Sequence record: MZ475895.1
DNA: 64,000 nt
Direction: 5' to 3' (one strand)
Shown: positions 17,909-27,693 of the stretch, in pieces
Layout of the letters: the number at the start of each line of letters is the position of its first letter
Position numbering within the stretch: position 1 is the first letter of the stretch
Notes under the pieces: generated by a model
Told to the model about the DNA's origin: nothing
Database searches by the model: none
The model's input: the letters and a program-made list of their open reading frames with translations, nothing else
Made by a program: the position numbers and the translations under genes

Positions 17909-20900
17909 CTACTGGTATCTGACGGTTAGCACAGAACTGCCGAAAGCACGCGCATTGGTACGATAGATACAGACAATATCTGTCAGGTTATCGTAGACTC
18001 TGCGCCCAACAATCGGTCCTGTTTTACCATCTGATCCCGTTACTGGCCACTGAGCACCATCAAAGCCTAACCACGCACGATTCACGTTGCCTGTAGCATC
18101 AGCAGCAGCGCTGAACACAGGCGTACCGTAATCTTGACGCACAACAAAGTAACCATATTCCTCTGTCTTAGTTGACAGTACGAACTGACCACCAGTGTTA
18201 GAGCGCAAGCGCGTAGGCAATTGATCGAGTGCAATGCTTATCGTTGTCAAACCAAATGGCGCAACACCGAAACGAGGATAGGATGAATACGCTGTCATGA
18301 AGTGGGTCTGCGTCAAACGCTGTTGCCCTTCAATGTACAGTGCTTTCACACCAAACTTGGTATCGTTAAGCAACGTACCGATAACCAGCTTACCTGTCTG
18401 AGCGTTAATGCTGATACCTTGCACGTCTACAACGTCACCCTTCTCGTTTGTTATCTGCCACAAACATTTGGCGCTAACATCTTCCTTGTCAAACGTACCA
18501 GTACGGCCGAGCAATGCGCTGATCTGCATCGCGCTATCATCGCGCACGTTAGTGTAACCACCCACAGATAAATCTTGAGGGAAGCCAACGCCCGGACAAA
18601 CGATTGTCTGTGTCAGGCTTATCGTGGTGCGTTGTTCCGTAATGATACATTCCACTTGAACAGTCTGTGGGTCCTTCGAAGCAGCAAAACTAAACGTACC
18701 ATCTTGCGCTAAGGTGAATCCAGTAGACGACTTAACAACGTTCCATTGGAATGACACAGAGTTAGCATCAGGCAGAACAGACGAGCCTGTCGCACCAGAA
18801 CGGCGTTCATAGTATGCGATAAACTTGTAGTCTTTGTTCGGCTCAATGTTTGAAGCAGGGTTCTCGATGGCACCACTAAGGATAGTGTTCAACGTTTGCA
18901 GATTAACAGTACGACTGCTGGTAATCGTTTCATCCACCAGCGAATACGGGTTCTGCTTGGTGAACGTGGCGTTGATTGTAATCAGACCATCAGACAACTG
19001 AGACTGACCGATATACAGATGACCGTTAAGCTGATCAATCGATACGCCATCAACGTTGGTGCTTTCCCCAATAGACCACAGTGCGTCTGTTGTTGTCAGC
19101 TCATCATCAGGGTCGATAATGATACGCAGCGAGAACGGAACGAACCAGCGGCCATTCTCGTACCCAACATCAGGGTTACGATCAGACACATCCCACACAA
19201 TATCAGGACCAACGATACCCATCTGACGCAGGTACGTGTTAGCCTGTACGAGGAATACAGTCAGCGTCTTCTCAATCTGATATTGGTCACATGTATAACG
19301 CGCACGCAACGTCACAGCACCATTAACGTTCTGGTTAGGTGTGATGTTACCTTCATCGTCAATCACTGCGATTATATCGTCGGTCGGCACAAGCACTGTC
19401 GTATTATTCGGACCCGCCTGTGTGTAATACTGACCAATGATAGCCCACTCGGCATACTGCTCAAGTTCGAATGTGGTAGGCTTCTCTTCCAGATATGAAC
19501 CATCAATCGTCCGCGCTACGCCACCTGTTTGATACGTGAGTACAAGCGCATAAGACTCAGACAACACGCCAGCAGAAATCTGAGTAGCACCTTCAATGCG
19601 ACTGTTGATCACATTGTTGATACTCTCTTTAGGCTTAGGCGAAACGATCAAATCAATCTTGTTGCTCACACGGAAGAACGAGGCAATCACCTGAGTATAC
19701 GTCGGATAGAGGCACTTGCCCGCTTGCAGTATCGCACCATCGTAGAACGTATTCTCCAAATCAGTCAGACTCGCAATGGAGTTGAACATAGGCAGCTTGG
19801 AGACTTTCATCGCACGGAAGTCTTTGTACGATGCAGGCGTTGAGCCTTCTACGATTTCAACAACAGCCATACCACTATAACGACCAGGCGAGAACTGTAG
19901 GACCTTGTAATCGTCTGTGTCTTTATCAGGCCAGTTGCCAGACCACTGTGCGGCAGTAACGTATTCCTGAGTACCATCTGCATAGGTCGCAAGCAAACGC
20001 ACAAAGGTACGCGTGTTCGAATACAGGGTATCAGGACATTCGATAGTGATTGAATCCACCAGCGCACGTAACGGGATAAGCTGAATGTCTCGGTAGTTTA
20101 CCAGCTCAGTGCCTTCGTACTCATAGTGCATCGTAATGCGTGCAGCACCATGCAAGTCACCTTGGAAGTAAAGCGAGTATTCATCCGACTGACGTTCCAT
20201 AATCGGGTCATACACACTGTTGGACGAGGCAGATACGTTCAGCGTTACCCAGCGAGCATAATCAGGATTGTCGGGGTCATACTGCGTTGGGTCCTGACCT
20301 TGCTCGACAGCTTCCTGTTGCAGCTTGATGGTACGCTCACGCGCTTCTTCCTTGGCGCTCGCACTCGGCACGTACTCTACGCTAACTGATGCAGCCGCAG
20401 CATACACTTGGCCATCGTTCCACAAACAAACAGTCGGCAGCATCAACGTATTACCGTTACCGATAGACGATGAGCTACGCAGATCCACCTGCTTAGGAAT
20501 CATGATAGTATCATTGATCAAGAACAGGTTCTGGTATGTCTGTGTTGTGCCTTCTGTGTAAGCAAAGCACAGAGCATAGCGCACAGCATCACCATCAACC
20601 AGAGGCGCAGTGAACTCACCGCTCTTCGGGTCAACATACGTTAGGGCATGTGTATCGGTCGCTGTGTCTGCACGACTGAACCAGACGCCTTGAACCTCTG
20701 TGTAAGCTACCACGATCGAGGGGTCACGCGCAGCAATCTGCTCAGGCGTTGCAGCGGCAAGAACATACAGCGCCATGGCTTTAGGACGAATGATTGTGCG
20801 CTCGACGATGGTGTCAGGAATAACGAGGTCAACAGTCGCAAGCGCAATCTCAGGCGCCTTCATCTTGATCTGACGCACAGCCTGAATAGGAGTGACGTCA

Positions 20901-22435
20901 CCAAACTCGGCATACAGCGAGGTCATGTAATCCTGACGCATCACCTTAGACTTGAGTGTGGACTCTACAATGTCAGTCCATTCAGATGTAGAGCGGCACT
21001 GTGCAGAGGAGACCTTAGACGTACCATCGTTGTATGTAACGACATACTTGATAGCTTGGTCCTGCCCTTGAGCAATCTCGTCATCAACAAGAATCTCCAG
21101 ATTAACAGGCACAAGGTCCTTGACGCTGCGGTTGACAGCAAACTCTTTCGTCTGCGTCATATCAAACTGACCCTGGAAGTCTACCGTGATATCCAGAGTG
21201 GTGTCAGCATCAACACTAGGCAGCACCAACGTCGAACCGTTGAACGTACCCAGAGTAGAACTCAGTTTGACCATGCCGCTATCAGTCAGGTCTTTTGTCT
21301 GGCCAGTAGTTTTATACAGACCGTACACTTTGACCTTAGCACTTGAGTTACCATACAGGCTAGACGTTTCGATTGTCAGCTCATCAGGGTCAGGCTCAAC
21401 GCCGATAGGATAGATGCGACTCTCCAGCACTTGGCTGGTGGTGTTGTAGCGCAAAGTAAGGCTGATCGATGTGATAGCAAGAGGCTCATTGAAACGCACA
21501 GCATTACCATCACGCTCTGCAATCCATGAACTGTCTTCTACCCACACTTCGACTGTTTGTTCTGTGTTGTCGCTGTAACTGATAACAGCACCGAACGTCA
21601 TCCACTCACCGCCACGAATGAACTCAGGCTGAATGAATGAGATAGCAGACTGCAAAGGACTGCCTACAGTGAAGCGGCGAATAGGCTCTACCACTGTGTG
21701 CGCACCGATATAAATCTGCGCTGTCATGTTGATTGCAGCGTACACGCCTTCAAGAACTTCCTCGATAGGCGCCCACTGGTAGAATAGCTCGGAGATGCGA
21801 CGATAGAACATCGCACTACGCGCCGTGTACTGCTCAACATCGTTGTTCACAGGGTCAAAGCCAATGTGGTTGTTGAACCAGTCTTCGGCTTCTGTTTGCG
21901 TCAACCCTACTTGCTGTAGCGCATTCACAACATCGGTCTGCGCGTCTTTTGTGATCGTCAGGTCAAGTCCACCGTCAATCAGATGCGCATCGACTTCCAG
22001 ATTAACCTTGTTCGTCTTATACCACTGGCCACCATCTTGAATTAGAGCACCAAGAGGTGTAGGCAGGAATGTCTGATAGTCCGCAGTGTACAGACGGTTA
22101 GTATCAAACTGGCCACCCAGCAACAGACCAACAAACTTGTTCCACTGTGTTGTTCCACTGACTTGCTGCCAATCAGGCAAGCAATCGATAACACGCTTTA
22201 ACGTAGGCAGACGCGCGCTCATCAGGTCACGCGTCAAGTTGATGCCTAACTGGCGAATGGATGCAGCCGCCAGTTCATCGTTAGAGTCAGCATTGATGCG
22301 ACGAAGGTCTAACAGTTGTTGAATCGCTGTCAGGTTTTGTTCGTCGTTGTGATCATCAAAGATTTGGAACAACTCAGCCCATGCTTCATTCGACTCAACA
22401 AAGTCGATGTTAAAGGCTATTGAGTTAGTCTTCAC
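17909..22435 (-). CDS. Large baseplate wedge protein with Ig-like repeats
   Basis: 1508 aa. N-terminal wedge-like region (T4 gp7/P2 gpI-like position) followed by repeated Ig-like segments (A.YSDGT....V...W). Follows the gp6-like gene. Confidence 0.65.
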   Translation of the reverse strand: MKTNSIAFNIDFVESNEAWAELFQIFDDHNDEQNLTAIQQLLDLRRINADSNDELAAASIRQLGINLTRDLMSARLPTLKRVIDCLPDWQQVSGTTQWNKFVGLLLGGQFDTNRLYTADYQTFLPTPLGALIQDGGQWYKTNKVNLEVDAHLIDGGLDLTITKDAQTDVVNALQQVGLTQTEAEDWFNNHIGFDPVNNDVEQYTARSAMFYRRISELFYQWAPIEEVLEGVYAAINMTAQIYIGAHTVVEPIRRFTVGSPLQSAISFIQPEFIRGGEWMTFGAVISYSDNTEQTVEVWVEDSSWIAERDGNAVRFNEPLAITSISLTLRYNTTSQVLESRIYPIGVEPDPDELTIETSSLYGNSSAKVKVYGLYKTTGQTKDLTDSGMVKLSSTLGTFNGSTLVLPSVDADTTLDITVDFQGQFDMTQTKEFAVNRSVKDLVPVNLEILVDDEIAQGQDQAIKYVVTYNDGTSKVSSAQCRSTSEWTDIVESTLKSKVMRQDYMTSLYAEFGDVTPIQAVRQIKMKAPEIALATVDLVIPDTIVERTIIRPKAMALYVLAAATPEQIAARDPSIVVAYTEVQGVWFSRADTATDTHALTYVDPKSGEFTAPLVDGDAVRYALCFAYTEGTTQTYQNLFLINDTIMIPKQVDLRSSSSIGNGNTLMLPTVCLWNDGQVYAAAASVSVEYVPSASAKEEARERTIKLQQEAVEQGQDPTQYDPDNPDYARWVTLNVSASSNSVYDPIMERQSDEYSLYFQGDLHGAARITMHYEYEGTELVNYRDIQLIPLRALVDSITIECPDTLYSNTRTFVRLLATYADGTQEYVTAAQWSGNWPDKDTDDYKVLQFSPGRYSGMAVVEIVEGSTPASYKDFRAMKVSKLPMFNSIASLTDLENTFYDGAILQAGKCLYPTYTQVIASFFRVSNKIDLIVSPKPKESINNVINSRIEGATQISAGVLSESYALVLTYQTGGVARTIDGSYLEEKPTTFELEQYAEWAIIGQYYTQAGPNNTTVLVPTDDIIAVIDDEGNITPNQNVNGAVTLRARYTCDQYQIEKTLTVFLVQANTYLRQMGIVGPDIVWDVSDRNPDVGYENGRWFVPFSLRIIIDPDDELTTTDALWSIGESTNVDGVSIDQLNGHLYIGQSQLSDGLITINATFTKQNPYSLVDETITSSRTVNLQTLNTILSGAIENPASNIEPNKDYKFIAYYERRSGATGSSVLPDANSVSFQWNVVKSSTGFTLAQDGTFSFAASKDPQTVQVECIITEQRTTISLTQTIVCPGVGFPQDLSVGGYTNVRDDSAMQISALLGRTGTFDKEDVSAKCLWQITNEKGDVVDVQGISINAQTGKLVIGTLLNDTKFGVKALYIEGQQRLTQTHFMTAYSSYPRFGVAPFGLTTISIALDQLPTRLRSNTGGQFVLSTKTEEYGYFVVRQDYGTPVFSAAADATGNVNRAWLGFDGAQWPVTGSDGKTGPIVGRRVYDNLTDIVCIYRTNARAFGSSVLTVRYQ

Positions 22436-23895
22436 TGATTCATCTTCCTTTCGCTATAAAGGATATTGACTCGCAGGTTACGCAGCGCAACATACTCAAG
22501 CACAGTGTTAGGAATGATATCCTGAACAGGGCTTGGGATATTGCAGTAGTCCACTTCTGGGCGGCGCACTGGCTTGTCTGGGTCTGTCCAGTCGTACAGC
22601 ACACGGTCAGTAATGTCAGACAGCGCAAGACGTTTACCTAACATACCAGGGCGACGCTCAAACAACTTGAGGACAGACGCTTCCAGCACAGACTGATTCG
22701 ACTCACGCGTGCCTGGTGCATCAGCATAGAGCGACACGTCCAGCACACAGTCAATCTGCAACTTGTCAGGGTTCCATGATTGAATATCGAGTGGACTGCT
22801 GTACTGTGAAAGCCAGTTGAGGAACTTAGTCCACTGTGCAGATGAAGGGTTCGGGTTGATGCCACCCCACGAGCTGGTGTTACGGGGCAACACACAGATA
22901 CGCACAACGCCTTGCCACTCTTTGTCGTTAGGTGCTATCTCTGCTTGTCCCTGAACAACAACATCAGCAACGTCAGGATAGAGCGCACACGCTGCTTTCC
23001 ATTCATCACGACGAATCAGTTTCTTGCGGCTACGACCAACAATCGGGCTGTAGTTGCGATAATACTCAGGAGGAGTTTCATCAGAACCACCAAGCGCGGC
23101 AGTAGTAGTCTTGCCTTGAAGCTGAGGGTTATCTAAGCACTGCACTTTCAGGCCCATGCTGTCAGTATTACCAGCAGCGCCTACAGCCTTGATGCCCTGA
23201 ACTTTCATCGTATAGCCAGCGGGTGGTTTGATTCCCCACTGCTCGCCACCGAACTGAATCTCAACGTCACCGCTATCTGTAGTTACATCGAGGAAGATCT
23301 GTTGTCCAGCATACGCTTCAAACAAACACTTCTCATAGCGCTGATACTCAGTTTTGGTACCAGTAGGATGCTCGAACCAGACACGCAAGTCAGAGGTAAG
23401 CTCAAAGTTCTCGGTGCCTAAAGCAACAGTCATGTAATCATACGGGTTAGTGATCACTTGGCTGAACGTGAACATGCTACCGATAATCAAATCAACTGTC
23501 TTGACTTCGCCTGGCGCCCATTGAGTTACTTCGGACAGGAGAGCATTGCTATCACCTACAGTGAATGCCGTGTACTTGTCATAACTGACTTTCACAGCAC
23601 TCAGGTTAGCGATAGTGGCACTGACTGTAGATGTTGACTTGCGTCCAATATCCACACCCAGATAGCGGGCGTTAGCAAGTAGGCTTGTATTACGACGAGC
23701 AAGACGGCTGAACGCTTCACGCGCTGCAATCAGTGTAGCCCACGAGTTAGATACACCGATATCGCCAAGAGCATCAGCAAGGAGTGCAGTCAATGAACTG
23801 ACTTGACTATCAGTCCAGTAAGAAGATTCGTTGATACGCTTAAGGAAGTCTTGTGCAAACTCCTCGTGCGTAGTGTACGTGTTAAGCATGGACAT
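22432..23895 (-). CDS. Baseplate wedge subunit (T4 gp6 / baseplate J-like)
   Basis: 487 aa. AREAFSRLARRNTSLLANARYLG, GDVEIQFG, ALGGSDET, LIRRDEW motifs typical of gp6/J. Confidence 0.8.
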   Translation of the reverse strand: MSMLNTYTTHEEFAQDFLKRINESSYWTDSQVSSLTALLADALGDIGVSNSWATLIAAREAFSRLARRNTSLLANARYLGVDIGRKSTSTVSATIANLSAVKVSYDKYTAFTVGDSNALLSEVTQWAPGEVKTVDLIIGSMFTFSQVITNPYDYMTVALGTENFELTSDLRVWFEHPTGTKTEYQRYEKCLFEAYAGQQIFLDVTTDSGDVEIQFGGEQWGIKPPAGYTMKVQGIKAVGAAGNTDSMGLKVQCLDNPQLQGKTTTAALGGSDETPPEYYRNYSPIVGRSRKKLIRRDEWKAACALYPDVADVVVQGQAEIAPNDKEWQGVVRICVLPRNTSSWGGINPNPSSAQWTKFLNWLSQYSSPLDIQSWNPDKLQIDCVLDVSLYADAPGTRESNQSVLEASVLKLFERRPGMLGKRLALSDITDRVLYDWTDPDKPVRRPEVDYCNIPSPVQDIIPNTVLEYVALRNLRVNILYSERKMNQ

Positions 23896-24314
23896 TATTG
23901 GGCCCTCATGGCAAACGTAACTGACTGCGTGTTTTCCAGTTTAGGACAACGCCAGTTGATGGTACACACATAGGTCTGATCGTACTGAGCGCTCATACCA
24001 CACGTTGTCCGTACATCGGTAACGTCATCAGTCAACCCGTTCGCTGGGTCTTCTAGTGCGATACGCATGTAGGTTGCAATCCACTGCGCGGTCTTATCAT
24101 CAAACGGTTCGAACAGGTATTGATAGACGTCAGCACCAAACGCTTCACGCCATTTACGTGAACGCTTTCTCGTACCAACAACCATCAGAATCTTTTGGAC
24201 GATGCTATCCATGTTCTGGACGTTATCACGAGGCTCAAGATGAATCCATACGTTAACGTCACAGTAAACACGCTCGGAGACAGGCACGTCAATCAAACGA
24301 ATAGCGATAGCCAT
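23895..24314 (-). CDS. Baseplate wedge / sheath initiator (gp25-like)
   Basis: 139 aa. SIVQKILMVVGTRKRSRKWREAFGADVYQYLFEP matches the gp25/GPW pattern. Confidence 0.8.
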   Translation of the reverse strand: MAIAIRLIDVPVSERVYCDVNVWIHLEPRDNVQNMDSIVQKILMVVGTRKRSRKWREAFGADVYQYLFEPFDDKTAQWIATYMRIALEDPANGLTDDVTDVRTTCGMSAQYDQTYVCTINWRCPKLENTQSVTFAMRAQ

Positions 24315-24604
24315 TAGCCAAATCTCACGTTGTTGCTGCCATTGGATGCGGTGTCATTGCACGTATTAGGGTCACCATTGCGTTGAGCAGGCTTACCGTT
24401 AACACGCACAGTCGAACTGGAGATAGCGTAGCCCACATGTGGTGGTTTCTTAGGTGCTGAGTGGGGTTGATACGCATCACCCTGACGCACGCTTCCCTTA
24501 CCATTGATCATGACATTGGCTGAGGCTTGTACTGCGACAACAGGATAAAACCCATTGTGTCCTGTGGACAGGTCTGCGCCTAACCGAATTGCTTTCTGGC
24601 CCAT
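24314..24604 (-). CDS. PAAR-repeat spike tip protein
   Basis: 96 aa. AIRLGADLSTGH, VMINGKGSVRQGD, VRVNGKPAQRNGD, with His/Cys metal ligands. Confidence 0.9.
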   Translation of the reverse strand: MGQKAIRLGADLSTGHNGFYPVVAVQASANVMINGKGSVRQGDAYQPHSAPKKPPHVGYAISSSTVRVNGKPAQRNGDPNTCNDTASNGSNNVRFG

Positions 24605-24627
24605 TGTTATTCTCCTCTGTTAGGCAC

Positions 24628-24635
24628 AAATTAGC
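24628..24635 (-). promoter_or_regulatory. GCTAATTT candidate late-promoter motif
   Basis: Exact octamer after a terminator, 24 nt upstream of the PAAR ATG. Confidence 0.6.
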
Positions 24636-24653
24636 TTTATACGCGACAGAAAC

Positions 24654-24680
24654 AAAAACGGGCAGCCTAATGGCCACCCG
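24654..24680 (-). terminator. Rho-independent terminator
   Basis: CGGGTGGC-CATTAG-GCTGCCCG followed by TTTTT on the minus strand. Confidence 0.75.
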
Positions 24681-24703
24681 GTTCTTGCGCTTGGATTTTG
24701 TCG

Positions 24704-24865
24704 CTATTCCCACATCCCTCGAACGTGTGCCACTGTGCCCTCAAGCACGTAGCCGGAATGAATAGAGGAAGGATAGACTACCTGAGGTCCTTCCTGTAAC
24801 GATAACAACCGACCAAGCATTGCGATTGCTATCAGCGACAATATGAGCAGTACAATCGTCATCAT
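24704..24865 (-). CDS. 53-aa small membrane protein (not in ORF track)
   Basis: Manual translation MMTIVLLILSLIAIAMLGRLLSLQEGPQVVYPSSIHSGYVLEGTVAHVRGMWE*. One N-terminal TM helix. Followed by a terminator. Confidence 0.55.
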   Translation of the reverse strand: MMTIVLLILSLIAIAMLGRLLSLQEGPQVVYPSSIHSGYVLEGTVAHVRGMWE

Positions 24866-24869
24866 ATCG

Positions 24870-25875
24870 TCGTTACTCTTCTTTTGGCCGAACGGTACTG
24901 CATGGTTTGATCAGATTACTCCGCTGCCTATCGTCCACGATCACTTAGGTTTCAGTTTCTTCATCTCTTTACCGCCTGCGCTGCGGTCAAGCCGCACACC
25001 CTGCACACGGGTCTAACACAAAGGGGCGGAAGAACCTTTATGCTCGAAACATGCACATGGCGAAGGAGGCCACGCATCGGTGATCTGCTGGTGTTAACAC
25101 ACTTTTAAGGCCTTTCGTTTGTGCACCATTCAAGAGACAGGGCCACCAGCTAGTGATCTCTTTAAGGTATCGCACTGACTTGTGAACAAGTCACGGGTTG
25201 AAAACTATACACTTCCATATGCGCATCGGGAGAAACGCATAAGGCTGATGCACAGCTTTGACTAAGAAGGATTGCGCCCGTCGCCCGACTTCACTTGGGT
25301 ATCGACAATCGCTCTCTCTTACTCCCTTGAGTACAGCGCAAGGAACACTGAGTCAATGAGTAGTCTGCGGGTGTTTCTCACTAGAGGGTGAAAGCCTCTT
25401 AGATTCTTTATTCTGTACAGCACCTTAGTGGACTGAATCGCCCGCTGGAGCATCCAATAAGGCCCTCTCGGTTAGGCACCTTACTGTACAGAAAACCCGG
25501 GGAGTACGTTACCATATAAAACGACTCTCCCCAATGCATACCAGAGCGACTTGATATGCATCAGGCAGTGAACGTTTGCAGAAGTTCAACTGCTTTGCTT
25601 CCCGCTGAACTAGAGCCACACCGTTGAGTCTACGGTCCACAGTAGTTACATGCCTAGAGGATATTGCCTTGGAGTTTATGTCCTATGGAATAACCGGGCT
25701 CGTCGCGTCGGTGCCACAGCAATATTCTATCATGTGGTGCTGGGGTTGTTCCCCACATTATGCGATTGCTCGCAACCAGCTGGAGGTCTGCGTCCGATGA
25801 AAAGAATAACTAAGACGCAGATGAGCTTTTCAGAAAAAACGGCACACCAAGAAAATTGGCTAAACTTAGTGTGCG
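24870..25875. ncRNA. Candidate large structured non-coding RNA or leader (~1 kb), family unassigned
   Basis: No credible ORF of 60 aa or more in an otherwise densely coding window. More than 15 stem-loops read by eye, e.g. 25087-25150, 25176-25193, 25411-25493, 25499-25532, 25658-25729, 25788-25821. Orientation unresolved. Confidence 0.5.
25834..25875 (-). terminator. Probable terminator after 25922..27685
   Basis: GCACA...CCAA-TTTTC-TTGG-TGTGC stem followed by CG and TTTTTT on the minus strand. Confidence 0.55.
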
Positions 25876-25921
25876 TATAGATATTACTATCTACAATTTT
25901 TATTTACAGATTTTTCTGAGA

Positions 25922-27685
25922 TTAGAATGCCTTACGTTCAACATTCGAATAGTACGTTTCGTACGGCTCAGAATACAACTCAGGACCGCGCTGCGCACGC
26001 ACAGTAACATAGCCTGTATGGCGATTCACTGCGGTGATTTCGATAGTAGGCTGTTTAGGCTTAATCGTGCCGTAGATAGGCGCGTTCATCGTTGGTGGGT
26101 CTGTCTGAATCTTGTTTACAGATTGCAGTGCAGCACCAGACAGCGTAGGGAACTTAAAGCGCAATTCAGCACGCGTGCGGCCTGTAGCGATCTTGATGCT
26201 ACCAGCAGGCAGTTCAACGCCGCTTTGTTTCAGGTAAGCAGCGATGCGACGACCAATACCCGCTAATTGGTTCTTAGCGACAGGGTCCATCAGACCATCG
26301 AAGCTAATGGCTGATTGCGGTTGATTCACTGACAGATGCATACCCGTGTTGAAGTAGCCTTCTGCGAGAAAGCGATACAACTGACGAACAATCTCAGGAG
26401 TGTTCTGTGCAATCACAGGCGTCAACAACTCAGGTGGATTGGTCTTCATCGGGTCGCGGTATTCAACCTGACCTTGTGAGTAACCCATACTGATATGCTT
26501 AACACGAGGATAAGCAGACTGCAACGAACCAGTAGAGCGAATCAGGATAGAGCCAGACTTCGCTTGATCATACAGTTCATCGCTGGTGGTTGTTGAGAAC
26601 AGGAAGTAGTCGGTAGGCACAGCCATACGACCGATAGCTTCGATTGCTTTCGTCTGCACTTCTTTGATCGTCGAACCAAACACTACGCGGCTACGATTCG
26701 GCTGAGCAGTAGACACAGCGAAGAATGCGCCGTACACTACCTTCTGGTCTTTGACGATAGGCGAAGCAGACTTAACCTTTTGACCGCCTGGCAGTGGAGG
26801 TAGCTTAACGCCCACCAGCTTGCCTTTAGTGATTGCTTTGTTCGCAACAACAGGCTTCAAGGAGGACAGCAGCTTGTTCAACTCAGACCCGTCAAGAATC
26901 TTCTCCAGCGGAACAACGAGGTTCTGCGGCAGATAGTGTTTCTTGCGCAACGTATAGATAACGGTGTCTTTCTTGATCTGTAGAGGAGTAGCCATGTTAC
27001 GACCAGCTTGACCAACAGGCTGGAACGTATTCGCTTTGTCCTGACCAACAGAGCCGAACTCTTTGTCAAACACAGACTGACCGATGATGTTCGCTGCACG
27101 CAGATGGCCACGCACGTTGAACACAATCTTAGGTTCATCTTTCATGCGCAACTCATAGCGGTCACGCGTCAGATAGACCATGCTGAACTTGTCGCCTTTC
27201 TCCAGCTCAAGGTCATACTCATCGTTAGCGTCATCGATAACAACTTTCTTACCCTGATAGGTAGCGTACACGCGAGCGGCAGCAGACTCCGAAGCAATCT
27301 TCAACGCTACGCCACAGTTAGACAGCGCAGTAGCATAGTTGGTTGCGTGGAACAGCGCGTCGTTCGATTCCGTGATAGCGACTTCTTTACCGCGTACGCC
27401 CAGCGCAAGGTGGATAGCGCTAGAGCTGGACATGAACACAGTGTGACCTGTATCTTCATGCTTACCAGCAAAGGACATACCACTAACACGCGAAATAGAC
27501 AGCGCATTTAGGTGTGGAGTAGTGAACGTATCACCCGCAGCAAAGTCAAAGATTTCACCTTGACGCCACGCGTAACCGATGTTGTTTGAACTCAAGCCAA
27601 CAAACGCATCACCCACCTGTCGAATCGTAGTAGGGATAATGCTGAGATCGCGAACGATCTGATTTTGTTTCTGAATGATGGTCAT
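25922..27685 (-). CDS. Hypothetical (probable virion/head-internal) protein
   Basis: 587 aa. Contains the domain shared with 40379, 48981 and 56214 (YATYQG...KGDKFS...EPKIVF). Confidence 0.7.
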   Translation of the reverse strand: MTIIQKQNQIVRDLSIIPTTIRQVGDAFVGLSSNNIGYAWRQGEIFDFAAGDTFTTPHLNALSISRVSGMSFAGKHEDTGHTVFMSSSSAIHLALGVRGKEVAITESNDALFHATNYATALSNCGVALKIASESAAARVYATYQGKKVVIDDANDEYDLELEKGDKFSMVYLTRDRYELRMKDEPKIVFNVRGHLRAANIIGQSVFDKEFGSVGQDKANTFQPVGQAGRNMATPLQIKKDTVIYTLRKKHYLPQNLVVPLEKILDGSELNKLLSSLKPVVANKAITKGKLVGVKLPPLPGGQKVKSASPIVKDQKVVYGAFFAVSTAQPNRSRVVFGSTIKEVQTKAIEAIGRMAVPTDYFLFSTTTSDELYDQAKSGSILIRSTGSLQSAYPRVKHISMGYSQGQVEYRDPMKTNPPELLTPVIAQNTPEIVRQLYRFLAEGYFNTGMHLSVNQPQSAISFDGLMDPVAKNQLAGIGRRIAAYLKQSGVELPAGSIKIATGRTRAELRFKFPTLSGAALQSVNKIQTDPPTMNAPIYGTIKPKQPTIEITAVNRHTGYVTVRAQRGPELYSEPYETYYSNVERKAF

Positions 27686-27693
27686 ATTGATCC

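Noticed and set aside
25819-25860. Near-matches to the late motif at the head of the gap (GCCAATTT 25853-25860, GCTCATCT 25819-25826)
   Set aside because: They have one or two mismatches, and one lies inside the terminator stem. Too weak to fix the orientation of the candidate RNA.
24870-25875. Group I or group II intron, tmRNA, RNase P or tRNA interpretation of the structured gap
   Set aside because: It does not interrupt a gene. A CAGACUA (P7-like) hexamer exists on the minus strand near 25360 but has no canonical partner. No domain V, no tRNA-like T-arm/CCA end and no RNase P P4 motif were found.
25650-25880. 76-aa + strand ORF inside the non-coding gap
   Set aside because: No RBS, opposite to all other genes, atypical composition, and it overlaps several stems and a terminator.
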